In this document: piece after piece, positions 27,775 to 37,045 of the stretch
Layout of the letters: each line of letters begins with the position of its first letter
Numbering within the stretch: position 1 is the stretch's first letter
Assembly (NCBI GenBank): GCA_036479375.1
Contig: JAZGFK010000140.1
Span: forward strand, 2,215-66,214
Length of the DNA: 64,000 bases
DNA from: Pontiella sp.
GTDB taxonomy: Bacteria > Verrucomicrobiota > Kiritimatiellia > Kiritimatiellales > Pontiellaceae
Direction: 5' to 3'
Made by a program: the position numbers and the translations under genes
Notes under the pieces: model-generated
Told to the model about the DNA's origin: nothing
What the model saw: only the letters and a program-made list of their open reading frames with translations
The model's database searches: none

Positions 27775-29550
27775 GTGGCTGAAGCGCACGAAAAAAGAGA
27801 AATCACGCTTAAGGGAATTGGTGTATCCCCGGGCATTGCTGTATTTAAATCTCAGCTACTTTCCCCCCATACCGATACCGCGGTTGAACGATCGATCACT
27901 CCGGAAGAAATTCCCGTTGAGATTATACGCTTCGAAGAAGCATTGATTGCAACACATGAGCAGATAAAACATATCCAAAAGCAAGTTGCTGTAGTTCTCG
28001 GCGACGAGCATGCCAGTATTTTTGACGCTCATCTTTTGGTTGTTGATGATCGTACCTTTATTGAAGACGTTATTCGTGCGATCAAAAAAGATTTAATCAA
28101 TGTGGAACCCATTCTACATCGGGTAGCAAATCGATATGCGGATATGCTGTCAAAGGTAGAGGATTCTTATCTTTCAGAACGTGCCGCTGATATCCGTGAT
28201 GTTACTAAACGGATCATGGCTAATCTTGCGGGTGAAACGCTCGATCAAATGGAACAGATTAAAGAGGAATGTATTGTTGTTTCTCATGATCTATCCCCAT
28301 CCGATACGGCCAGCATTGATCGATCCAAGGTGAAAGCCTTTGTAACTGATCTTGGCAGCTCGACTTCGCATACCGCTATTATGGCCAAAGCACTCGAGGT
28401 TCCTGCGGTTGTCGGATTACATAATATTACAGCCGTTGTAGCTACTGGGGACTTGCTTTTAATTGATGGTGCAAAAGGATTGGTGTTTATCAATCCAACG
28501 AACGATCGACTTGAGGAATACCGGAAACGTGTCGAGGATCAAGAGCTTATCTTGCTGGAACTTGATACCCTGCGGGATAAATCACCGGAAACGAAAGACG
28601 GCTATCTGGTTCCCATCACGGCCAATATTGAGCTTATTGAGGAGTTGGAAACGGTTGGAGCCCGGGGAGCTAAAGGGATTGGTTTATTTCGAACCGAATT
28701 TCTTTTTCTTGGAGCTGAAACCCTTCCGGATGAAGAAGCGCAGTACGAGGTCTATGTAAAAGCAGCTAAAAGTCAGTACCCCTCATCTGTAGTGATCCGG
28801 ACATCGGATCTGGGCGCCGATAAATTGCCCACTGGATTTAAGAATTCTAATGAGTTAAATCCGTTTTTGGGCGATCGCGCGATCCGTCTTTGTCTTTCGC
28901 ATCCGGAACTGTTTAAACCGCAGTTGCGTGCGATCCTTAGAGCAAGTACGTATGACAATATTCGCATCATGTATCCCATGGTTTCATGTGTACAAGAGAT
29001 AATCGATGCCAACGCTATGCTCCACGCTTGCATGGAAGAATTGGATGGAGAGGGCGTCGCATATAATAAACAAATTCATATTGGAACGATGATTGAAGTG
29101 CCATCAGCCGCCCTGATAGCAGACGTCATCGCACCGCACGTAAGTTTCTTCAGCCTGGGAACCAATGATTTGATTCAGTACACGATGGCGGTTGAGCGGG
29201 GAAATGAAAATGTGGCTCATCTTTATAAGCCAACGCATATGGCCATCATCCGATTAATTGATCACGTTATTAAGGTTAGCCATAAACATGGTCTGTGGAC
29301 CTGTGTGTGCGGTCAGATGGCGGCTAATCCGCAGCTGGTTCCATTGCTCATCGGCTTAGGTGTTGATGAGTTGAGTGTTAGCCCGTCGCAGGCACCCATG
29401 ATTAAAGATGTAATTCGCAAACTCTATTATTCCGGTGCGATCGAATTGGCACAGAAGGCGTTAGTTTCATCATCGGCAGAGCATATAGAACAACTTTGCC
29501 ATGACATGATCAAAGAGATTGCTCCTGAAGTACTTGAGTTATCTGAATAG
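27775..29550 (+). CDS. ptsI: PEP-protein phosphotransferase, PTS enzyme I
   Basis: TSHTAIMA, GIGLFRTEFLF, NPFLG.RAIR, GTMIEVP and SLGTNDLIQY. Confidence 0.96.
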   Translation: MAEAHEKREITLKGIGVSPGIAVFKSQLLSPHTDTAVERSITPEEIPVEIIRFEEALIATHEQIKHIQKQVAVVLGDEHASIFDAHLLVVDDRTFIEDVIRAIKKDLINVEPILHRVANRYADMLSKVEDSYLSERAADIRDVTKRIMANLAGETLDQMEQIKEECIVVSHDLSPSDTASIDRSKVKAFVTDLGSSTSHTAIMAKALEVPAVVGLHNITAVVATGDLLLIDGAKGLVFINPTNDRLEEYRKRVEDQELILLELDTLRDKSPETKDGYLVPITANIELIEELETVGARGAKGIGLFRTEFLFLGAETLPDEEAQYEVYVKAAKSQYPSSVVIRTSDLGADKLPTGFKNSNELNPFLGDRAIRLCLSHPELFKPQLRAILRASTYDNIRIMYPMVSCVQEIIDANAMLHACMEELDGEGVAYNKQIHIGTMIEVPSAALIADVIAPHVSFFSLGTNDLIQYTMAVERGNENVAHLYKPTHMAIIRLIDHVIKVSHKHGLWTCVCGQMAANPQLVPLLIGLGVDELSVSPSQAPMIKDVIRKLYYSGAIELAQKALVSSSAEHIEQLCHDMIKEIAPEVLELSE

Positions 29551-29571
29551 AGCTGATCGGCTGGCTGTCAA

Positions 29572-30288
29572 TTATTTGGATGTAAACCATGTTGTTAAAA
29601 GCGTGGTCATAGCGATCCAACCCAACGCTAGATATTGATAGGCAATATTATAAGCGATGGTAACTTCCAGTCGGAGCAGGTCTCTCAAACTCGTCCATTC
29701 CGGCGATCCGACTATGACCATCCAGATGCCAATCCCCAGCAGGTTCATGATGTAGATCACCGCATATGAAAATATTCGCCCGTGTTCGTGAATATCGGGT
29801 TGATGTTCCGACAGCATGTGGATGGTGAACGTAATATGAAATGACCAGGTAAAACCAATGGCACCCAACCACCAGATTCGATAGGGCTCAACATCGAACG
29901 TAAAACTTGTCAGATAGTAGATCGCAATGACTAAAAAAGTGTAAAAAGGGAAAAAGTACGGGGCAAGTGTGATGGCAAAATTAGTCTTCGAGAGTTCAAC
30001 GTGTCCACCTGTTTTTCCGACGCGAATTTTCCCGATTCGCCCGCCCATCATAAGTGCCCAAAGGGCATGGGTAAGCTCGTGGCCAAGTACGTAGGTACGC
30101 ATGGGTCGGGGGAGTATAAAATAGATCAACACCCAAAGTAGGAAGCCGATCGGCAATGACCACGCTTCAGAACCACTGGAAACTGCCGACTCCACCGAGG
30201 TTTGATAGAGTTTGTAAATCGCAATTGAAATTCCCCAGCAAAGCGGGAGCATACCAATGCCAATGATCATTTTTAAAAACTTCCACAT
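29572..30288 (-). CDS. Membrane metallopeptidase-like protein (M50B-like)
   Basis: HELTH zinc motif, ITLAPYFFP and multiple TM segments. Confidence 0.65.
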   Translation of the reverse strand: MWKFLKMIIGIGMLPLCWGISIAIYKLYQTSVESAVSSGSEAWSLPIGFLLWVLIYFILPRPMRTYVLGHELTHALWALMMGGRIGKIRVGKTGGHVELSKTNFAITLAPYFFPFYTFLVIAIYYLTSFTFDVEPYRIWWLGAIGFTWSFHITFTIHMLSEHQPDIHEHGRIFSYAVIYIMNLLGIGIWMVIVGSPEWTSLRDLLRLEVTIAYNIAYQYLALGWIAMTTLLTTWFTSK

Positions 30289-30310
30289 ATCAGGCTAAAG
30301 TTCTCGTTGT

Positions 30311-32692
30311 TCAGTTTCGTAATTGCTGTTCCATCTGGGAGGCGTGTCGTTTTGCATTCATGGGTAAGCGTGCATCCAGTTTGGCTTTTTTATAGATTTC
30401 GATGGCTTGCGCGGTTCGGCCTTCCCGCTGGTAGTTTCCGGCTAACGTGAAATATGCTTCGGCGGATGCCCCCCCCGTTGCAATAATCGCTTGAAGAACC
30501 TGTTCAGTTTCCGAACTACGATCCGCTTCGTTCAGGAAAAAAAGGTAGGATGATGTATAGCTCCAGTTTTCTGGAACCAGTTCAGCAGCCGTTTTTAGCC
30601 ATTGGAACCCTTCTTTACTTTTCTTTTGGGCAAGCAGTACCCCCAGGTTGTAAGCGGCCTGAGCCATTTGCGGATCGGATTCCAGCGCTGTTCGAAGATG
30701 TTTTTCTGTTTGTTCAAGATGTCCTAATTCAGCATCGAGCAGCGCAATGTTGAAATTAACCATGGCATTCTTCGGTTCTATCTTCAGAGCCTTTTTAAGT
30801 AGTTCATATGAGTTGGTACTGTTTCCTGCACGGGCATGAACCATGGATGCATTGATAAGGGGTTGGATAACATCATTGCGAAGTTCCAAGGATTTGTCGT
30901 ATGCCGCGAGTGCGCTTTCGGGATCGCCTTTTCGATCGAAATATATTCCCTGATTATAGTGGGTTGACCAACGGTCAGGCCAAATGATCAGAGAGTTCCA
31001 GTATTCAGCATGGGCCGCCTCAAAGCCTTTTTGTTCCTCGTTGGAATAGCCCACCAAATTGCGGTCAATTAATGAGGCTGCAGCGCGAATACGTACGGTG
31101 CGGAATTCATCCTTGGTTGCTTTAAGCAGGGCAACAGTGCTTTCGTACGAACTGTCATACTGAAGCGAAGCCGCGGCAGCTGAGCGAACCCATTCATTCT
31201 GCGAGCCGAGTTGCTTGCGGATGGGGGACCATTTTTCAGGATGGGGGCAGTTATTCAGCAGACGAAGGATTGCAACTCCAGCTGCTGGATCGCACTTCGG
31301 AGTGTCCAGATATACGAGGATTTCGGAAAGTTTTGACCAGTCTCCCGATCGGCAGGCCGTGATGAGGCGACCGAGTTCAAGCACATCGGAACCGGTGTTT
31401 TCACCATGCCACTCCTTCACATGTTTATCGGCCCATTCTACATCCTCTTGTTTATGCCCGTTGAAATCGCCTTTAATGGCTTCAGGATTATGGTGGCAGA
31501 GGTTGCAGGCATTGGGCGAGCCGAATTCGAGCGTGGCAGCAGGAGATGGGGGGCGAAACGTATGATCGGATCGGTGCATATGCGCCTGAGCGGTCATCGG
31601 CATATGGCAGTCGACACAGCTGATCTTGGCTTCGGCCGGATGATGCGAATGGGCTAGAATATTTTCCACCCGTTTGTCATGGCACGGCAGGCAGGATTTA
31701 TTTGGCTCGTCTTTGAACCGGAACCGGCCACTGGACGTATGGCAATGGATGCACTCCAGCTGACCGGAAATTGCACAGGCATTGGCTTCCCATCCGGTCT
31801 GTGTGTAATTTTCACCGAGATCACGTCCGTCGGCAAAGAAATCTGGATCCTCATAGGAGATCACGTCGTAGTGATTGAACAACAATTCGCCTGGGGTAAA
31901 GTCGCGGGTCAGCGGCGTCATTTTGGCATGGCAGGGGGCGCAGGTTGCATCGCGCTGCTCGGCATTCAGGTCGCCATGGAATGTTAGCAGTTTGAGGTCG
32001 GTCAGTATTTCGCCGTTAGCTGCCGCCTCTTCAGCCGCTTTGATATGCGCTTCTGCCGGGCCATGACACACTTCGCAATTAATTCCCGATTCAGACCACG
32101 TAGTGCTGTAACTGTCGGTTTCGGGGTCGTAGTTTTTTCGCATCTGGCTGATATGGCAGTCGTGACAGGCCGTATTGAAGGTGAGTTGTCGATCCGTCCA
32201 GTCAAGGGCCTCATCCGTTAACCCATTATTAAAATGTCGCACCATGCTTGCAGTAGAGTCGTACCATACTTTCGTGTGTACGTTGTAGGCCAGCGGGGCG
32301 ACCTGTAGCTTTCCCTGCTCGAGTGGTACGAGGAAAAAGAAAACATTCTTTCCGCCGAGGGCGTGGAGTACAGGATAGGTAGTTTCAGTCCCTTTTGGAT
32401 CGGTTTTTATCATGACACCGCCGCTGCCATTCAGTTCAATGATGAATTTGCTGCCTCTAACGTCCATTTTCTGTTCCATAGGAACCAACGTTCGGGCAAA
32501 TGCTCCGCTGAAGGCCTGCATGGCTTTGCCGTGGTGGGATGTGCTCCAAAGCTCATAGAAGCGTTCGTGACAGGCCATGCAGTCGGATGAACCCACATAT
32601 TCGCCTTGGTCGGTAAAATCGATGGCGCGGGTTTGTTGTCCAGAAAAAAGAATGGTGCATGTGAGTAGCAGTTTAAATAGATTTGCATTCAT
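30311..32692 (-). CDS. Periplasmic multiheme cytochrome c with HEAT and TPR repeats
   Basis: Signal peptide; 8 CxxCH motifs (CMACH, CHDCH, CEVCH, CAPCH, CIHCH, CLPCH, CVDCH, CNLCH); C-terminal TPRs. Confidence 0.9.
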   Translation of the reverse strand: MNANLFKLLLTCTILFSGQQTRAIDFTDQGEYVGSSDCMACHERFYELWSTSHHGKAMQAFSGAFARTLVPMEQKMDVRGSKFIIELNGSGGVMIKTDPKGTETTYPVLHALGGKNVFFFLVPLEQGKLQVAPLAYNVHTKVWYDSTASMVRHFNNGLTDEALDWTDRQLTFNTACHDCHISQMRKNYDPETDSYSTTWSESGINCEVCHGPAEAHIKAAEEAAANGEILTDLKLLTFHGDLNAEQRDATCAPCHAKMTPLTRDFTPGELLFNHYDVISYEDPDFFADGRDLGENYTQTGWEANACAISGQLECIHCHTSSGRFRFKDEPNKSCLPCHDKRVENILAHSHHPAEAKISCVDCHMPMTAQAHMHRSDHTFRPPSPAATLEFGSPNACNLCHHNPEAIKGDFNGHKQEDVEWADKHVKEWHGENTGSDVLELGRLITACRSGDWSKLSEILVYLDTPKCDPAAGVAILRLLNNCPHPEKWSPIRKQLGSQNEWVRSAAAASLQYDSSYESTVALLKATKDEFRTVRIRAAASLIDRNLVGYSNEEQKGFEAAHAEYWNSLIIWPDRWSTHYNQGIYFDRKGDPESALAAYDKSLELRNDVIQPLINASMVHARAGNSTNSYELLKKALKIEPKNAMVNFNIALLDAELGHLEQTEKHLRTALESDPQMAQAAYNLGVLLAQKKSKEGFQWLKTAAELVPENWSYTSSYLFFLNEADRSSETEQVLQAIIATGGASAEAYFTLAGNYQREGRTAQAIEIYKKAKLDARLPMNAKRHASQMEQQLRN

Positions 32693-32812
32693 AAGATTTA
32701 TTTAACGACTTGGCAGACTGGATGTACAGCCCTTTCAATGGGTTGAATTGACAATAAGGCAATCGCTTTCTACTGGTTTTGATCGTCAATACACACTATG
32801 TTGAGGGGCTCA

Positions 32813-33454
32813 ATGACTGAGAAAAAAACCACTATCCTATTCGACTTCGATGGCACCTTGGCTGAAACTATGATGCTCATTCATGACGTGTTCAATCGCC
32901 TTTCTGGAGTTTATGGCTATCGCCATTTCCCGGTAGAGGACATCGAAGAATGCCGGCACTTGAGCGTTCAGGAATTTATAGATCATTTCGAAATTCCGCT
33001 GTGGAAAGTGCCACTTATTGCCATCCATGCACGGAGATTGATGCATCGGGATATGGATCAGGTTCACCCTCCGAAAGGGTTGGTGGACGTGTTAACCCAG
33101 ATTCATGACAGTGGGAACTATTTTATGGATATTCTCACATCCAACCGCCGGAAAAACGTGCTGAAGTTTCTTTCCCAGCATCATATAAACTGGTTCGACG
33201 AGGTGGAATCAACACATGCAATTCTCAGTAAAAGGGGACGGGTTGAAAAATATATCCGTCAGAAGGGGCTCGATCCATCCACGTTATATTATGTTGGTGA
33301 TACAACGGTGGATGTAGAGAGCGCCCATCACGCCGGCGCCAAAACCGTTGCGGTAAGTTGGGGGCTTAATACCCACGAAACGCTGGCGCGGGCAAAACCA
33401 GACTACCTAGTGGATGATCCTCTCCAGTTACTCGATGTTTTTCCAGCAGTTTAG
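32813..33454 (+). CDS. HAD-superfamily hydrolase
   Basis: FDFDGTLAE, LTSN, YVGDTTVD and VSWG. Confidence 0.9.
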   Translation: MTEKKTTILFDFDGTLAETMMLIHDVFNRLSGVYGYRHFPVEDIEECRHLSVQEFIDHFEIPLWKVPLIAIHARRLMHRDMDQVHPPKGLVDVLTQIHDSGNYFMDILTSNRRKNVLKFLSQHHINWFDEVESTHAILSKRGRVEKYIRQKGLDPSTLYYVGDTTVDVESAHHAGAKTVAVSWGLNTHETLARAKPDYLVDDPLQLLDVFPAV

Positions 33455-33481
33455 CGGTTTCCAATCTTTGGATGGTATGGC

Positions 33482-35611
33482 ATGGCAGATGGGGATAATA
33501 AAGATCTCGAGCAAACATTTAGCGATCGTAACGAAACGTTGCGAAGCTTCTACAATTCCAATGCGTTAGAACTGTCAGTCGACGAACTGGCATCGCTTAC
33601 TCCGATTCTTAATTCATTAAAGGACGATGTTGACCGATATCGTGAGATTGAAAAGATTGCCGAAGGCGGAGAAAAAAAAATTACGCTGGCGCATGATCAC
33701 CGTTTGGATCGGCGCGTTGCAATGGCCCGGTCCGTGCACAGTAAAAATCCTCAGGATCTGGAACAGTTTTTACGTGAAGCCCGGCTAACGGCTAATCTTG
33801 CCCATCCAAACATCATGCCAGTCTACAATATGGGTCTGGATAGAGACGGGGAGCCGTTCTTTTCGATGGAGCTTATTCCGGGTGACAGCCTTAAGACGAT
33901 CATCAAGAAACTGCAAGAGGACGATGCCGATTTTCGTCGGGAATATTCGATCAATATCTTGCTGAATATTTACATCAAGGTCTGCGATGCCATTGCTTAC
34001 GCTCATTCACGAGGGGTTCTTCATCTCGACATTAAGCCGGATAATATCCGTGTAGGAAAATTTGGTGAAGTGCTGGTATGCGACTGGGGTCTTGCCCGCG
34101 TAATTAACGCACCCGAGGACCCGGCTGAAAACGATACAACCGAGCTGGACGGGGATGTGTTAAATGATATGACCCTGTCTGGAACCATGAAGGGAACGCC
34201 GGGCTTTATGGCGCCGGAACAAACGTTGGCTTATGGTAATAAAACGGTAGAAACCGATGTTTATGCACTGGGCGCGCTTCTTTATATGATGTTGACTCAT
34301 AAACTTCCCGTGGTTGGGGAGTCGGCTAATGAAGTGATTAGAAATACCCGAGAAGGAAATGTGATTCCAATTCAGCGCCGCAAGACGGATCACCATATTC
34401 CGAAAAGTCTGGCGGCGGTTTCCATGAAGGCGCTTTCGCTGATGCCGGAAAATCGTTATGACAGTGCGCTCTATATCCGACAGGAAATTGCACGATTTCT
34501 GTCTGGTCATCCAACGCTGGCTGAACGTGCCGGATGGATTACAAAAACCTCTTTGCTTCTTCAACGCCATAACCGGGTTGCCTTTTTACTCATCTTCTTT
34601 CTCCTCGTGCTCGCCTTTGTTGTAAGTGGAAATCTGCTGACGATCAGTAAGGAAAAGGCCGATGCAATCGCTGCACGAAAAAAAGCAGAAGACAACTTTC
34701 AGCTGTATCTGAATGAGCAGCAGCTTGCCCAGTCGCTCGAAGAAGGACTTGGCGAAGCCGTATCATACACCGTTCGTAGTCGAGACTTCGTGAATGCAGC
34801 TTCCATGATCAACCTGTTGGAAACCGGACTCAGTGAAAATATAGATACGGTTAAGCGACAAAACCTTTATGAGCAAAAAGGAATTCTTCATTTTGTACTC
34901 CAGGAGTTTAGTGCAGCCAATGAAAGTTTTGATGCCGCCGGGAAGACTAGACGAATCGGACAACTGCGGTCTTTAAGTCTGAATTATGCAAAGATTAAAC
35001 CGGTCGATAAGATGAGATTGAATGACCAACAACTGGCTGACTTATTCAACGAATCCAAAACCGCGAATCAGATGACTCTCTTTTATTTATACTACCATCA
35101 TTTACGTCGAAGGCCTGCCTCGGCCTCGCCGGAGGAGTATATTCCATTGGCAGGAGCAGTATTGGATAAATTGAACTACACCCGACGCTCGAAAAAACAA
35201 CCACTTGCTATCACCAAAACAAAAGAGGGCTATCATCTGAAGTTGTCTCATTCCGGTTATTCGGTTTTTTCAATGAATATTATCGGGGTCTACCGCAGGA
35301 ATGTGCTCTCTCCATTCAAACTGACATCGCTCGATATCAGTCATATCAAATTGGATAGGCTGACTGAATTGAAAGGGATCAAACTGAAAGAGCTCCGGAT
35401 GGAGGATGTTAAAATAGAAAGCCCGCACCTGCTCCCACGTCAATTGGAGTCTTTTAAGTTGGAACGGGTTATTTTAACTATTAGTGATTATCCCGAGAAA
35501 ACGATTGCTGAACTCCGAAAAACCATGAAAGTTATTGATGCAAAATCGACGAAGCTGGCTACTCCAGCTCGTCCCGCAGATGCCGGATCTCCTGAATCAG
35601 CCGCTCCTTAA
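33482..35611 (+). CDS. Membrane-associated Hanks-type Ser/Thr protein kinase (atypical lysine placement)
   Basis: FLREA, HPNI, HLDIKPDN, DWGLA, GTPGFMAPEQ and DVYALG; TM segment; LRR-like C-terminus. Confidence 0.93.
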   Translation: MADGDNKDLEQTFSDRNETLRSFYNSNALELSVDELASLTPILNSLKDDVDRYREIEKIAEGGEKKITLAHDHRLDRRVAMARSVHSKNPQDLEQFLREARLTANLAHPNIMPVYNMGLDRDGEPFFSMELIPGDSLKTIIKKLQEDDADFRREYSINILLNIYIKVCDAIAYAHSRGVLHLDIKPDNIRVGKFGEVLVCDWGLARVINAPEDPAENDTTELDGDVLNDMTLSGTMKGTPGFMAPEQTLAYGNKTVETDVYALGALLYMMLTHKLPVVGESANEVIRNTREGNVIPIQRRKTDHHIPKSLAAVSMKALSLMPENRYDSALYIRQEIARFLSGHPTLAERAGWITKTSLLLQRHNRVAFLLIFFLLVLAFVVSGNLLTISKEKADAIAARKKAEDNFQLYLNEQQLAQSLEEGLGEAVSYTVRSRDFVNAASMINLLETGLSENIDTVKRQNLYEQKGILHFVLQEFSAANESFDAAGKTRRIGQLRSLSLNYAKIKPVDKMRLNDQQLADLFNESKTANQMTLFYLYYHHLRRRPASASPEEYIPLAGAVLDKLNYTRRSKKQPLAITKTKEGYHLKLSHSGYSVFSMNIIGVYRRNVLSPFKLTSLDISHIKLDRLTELKGIKLKELRMEDVKIESPHLLPRQLESFKLERVILTISDYPEKTIAELRKTMKVIDAKSTKLATPARPADAGSPESAAP

Positions 35612-36164
35612 CACGATTTTTCAGGCGGTAGACAGAATTTTCCTTTAAATCGAGTTCTGTTGCGATTTCTTCAACACTTTTTCCTGCAAGCGTAAGACGA
35701 AAAGCGTCAACGGCTTTTCCTGAGAAAAGCGGCGCGATATTTTCCAAGGCAAGATTGGTGAGATGGATTTCCCATTCGCGCTCGGCAATGGTGTCGATCT
35801 CGGGAAGTCGGATGGCCTTGAGATAGGTAAGGGTGTCATCTTTGCTAGCCTTTTCCAAACGATTCGCCTCCCGAATTCGTTTGCGAATAAAGTCGGTCAC
35901 GCAATTTTTAGTTACCGTACTCAACCAGCTGCGAAACCGGTTTATCTTGTCATAATCCATTTTCGGTAAGCTGTTCCACAAGTTGATCAGCACCTGTTGC
36001 TGAATATCTTCGGTGTCATGTTCCGAAATGTTCATACTGCGGATGATGGCGTAGATATAACGGCGATACACGTGCACAAATTCTTCCCAGGATTGTTCGT
36101 CCTGCTGGTTCTGAACACGCTGGATCAGTGTTGCTCTGGTCTTGTATTGATCTTCTGACGCCAA
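35559..36164 (-). CDS. ECF RNA polymerase sigma factor
   Basis: TRATLIQRV..WEEF...Y, DTEDIQQ, FRSWL and SVEEIATELDLKENSVY; TTG start with AGGAG RBS. Confidence 0.92.
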   Translation of the reverse strand: MASEDQYKTRATLIQRVQNQQDEQSWEEFVHVYRRYIYAIIRSMNISEHDTEDIQQQVLINLWNSLPKMDYDKINRFRSWLSTVTKNCVTDFIRKRIREANRLEKASKDDTLTYLKAIRLPEIDTIAEREWEIHLTNLALENIAPLFSGKAVDAFRLTLAGKSVEEIATELDLKENSVYRLKNRVKERLIQEIRHLRDELE

Positions 36165-36422
36165 GGTAAACTCCTGTGCAATTTTGTAGTTAGTGCAAGC
36201 TATGGTTAGCCCACTCAAAAAGCAAAATAAAAAGGTTGTTGGCGTGCGAGTTTACTGAGTGCTGAGGGGTCAGATGAGCAATGTCGTAAGATCGTATTTT
36301 TTATGCACCGGACAGATGTTGACATTCAAATAAAATACTCCTACAAAGGTAACAGTTTCAGGGCGAAACTGCCTTTATGTTTCCTAGGGTTCCGAACCAA
36401 CATACTCCATTTTAGTCTTTTC

Positions 36423-37034
36423 ATGTCGGACATTAAACGTAACGCAATTGTGATCGGTATAACCGGGGGGATTGCTTGCGGAAAATCAGAGGTTGGCCGG
36501 ATTCTGCGGGAGATGGAATATACAGTATGTGATGCGGATAGCCTTGCACACGATCTGATGAGAAAGGGAACTTCAGTTTTTGATCAGATTGTAAGTCATT
36601 TTGGTAAAGATATCCTTTCGGATGAGGGTGAAATATCCCGTCCAATCCTTGGAAAAATAATATTTTATAATCCTGATCAGCGGGAAATCCTGAATAAGTT
36701 GGTTCACCCGGCTGTTAGGGAAGCCTTAATCGAATGGATAAAAGAAAAGCGATCCTTGGGACAAAATGCCGCAGTTTTAATTCCGTTGCTCTATGAAAGC
36801 GGAATGCAGAATCTGGACTGGAATTCAGTAATTTGTGTTTCCAGCTCCGAAGGCGATGTATTCCAACGGTTGGAAAAACGAGGCTTAAGTAACGAAGAAG
36901 CGGAATCTCGGATTTATTCCCAAATGGAAGTAACTGAAAAAGAAAAGCTGGCAGATTATGTTGTTCCTAATAGTGGAACATTAGGAGAGCTGGAGTTGGC
37001 CACACGAAAAATCGTGCAGGCTATAGTGGGTTGA
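36423..37034 (+). CDS. coaE: Dephospho-CoA kinase
   Basis: [26 protein letters not shown] and RI.SQ. Confidence 0.93.
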   Translation: MSDIKRNAIVIGITGGIACGKSEVGRILREMEYTVCDADSLAHDLMRKGTSVFDQIVSHFGKDILSDEGEISRPILGKIIFYNPDQREILNKLVHPAVREALIEWIKEKRSLGQNAAVLIPLLYESGMQNLDWNSVICVSSSEGDVFQRLEKRGLSNEEAESRIYSQMEVTEKEKLADYVVPNSGTLGELELATRKIVQAIVG

Positions 37035-37045
37035 AAAAGGTAACT

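Noticed and set aside
33672-33680. A9 tract in the kinase Gly loop as a phase-variation site or assembly error
   Set aside because: The ORF is in frame on both sides, and GAA AAA AAA ATT explains the run; no evidence of slippage
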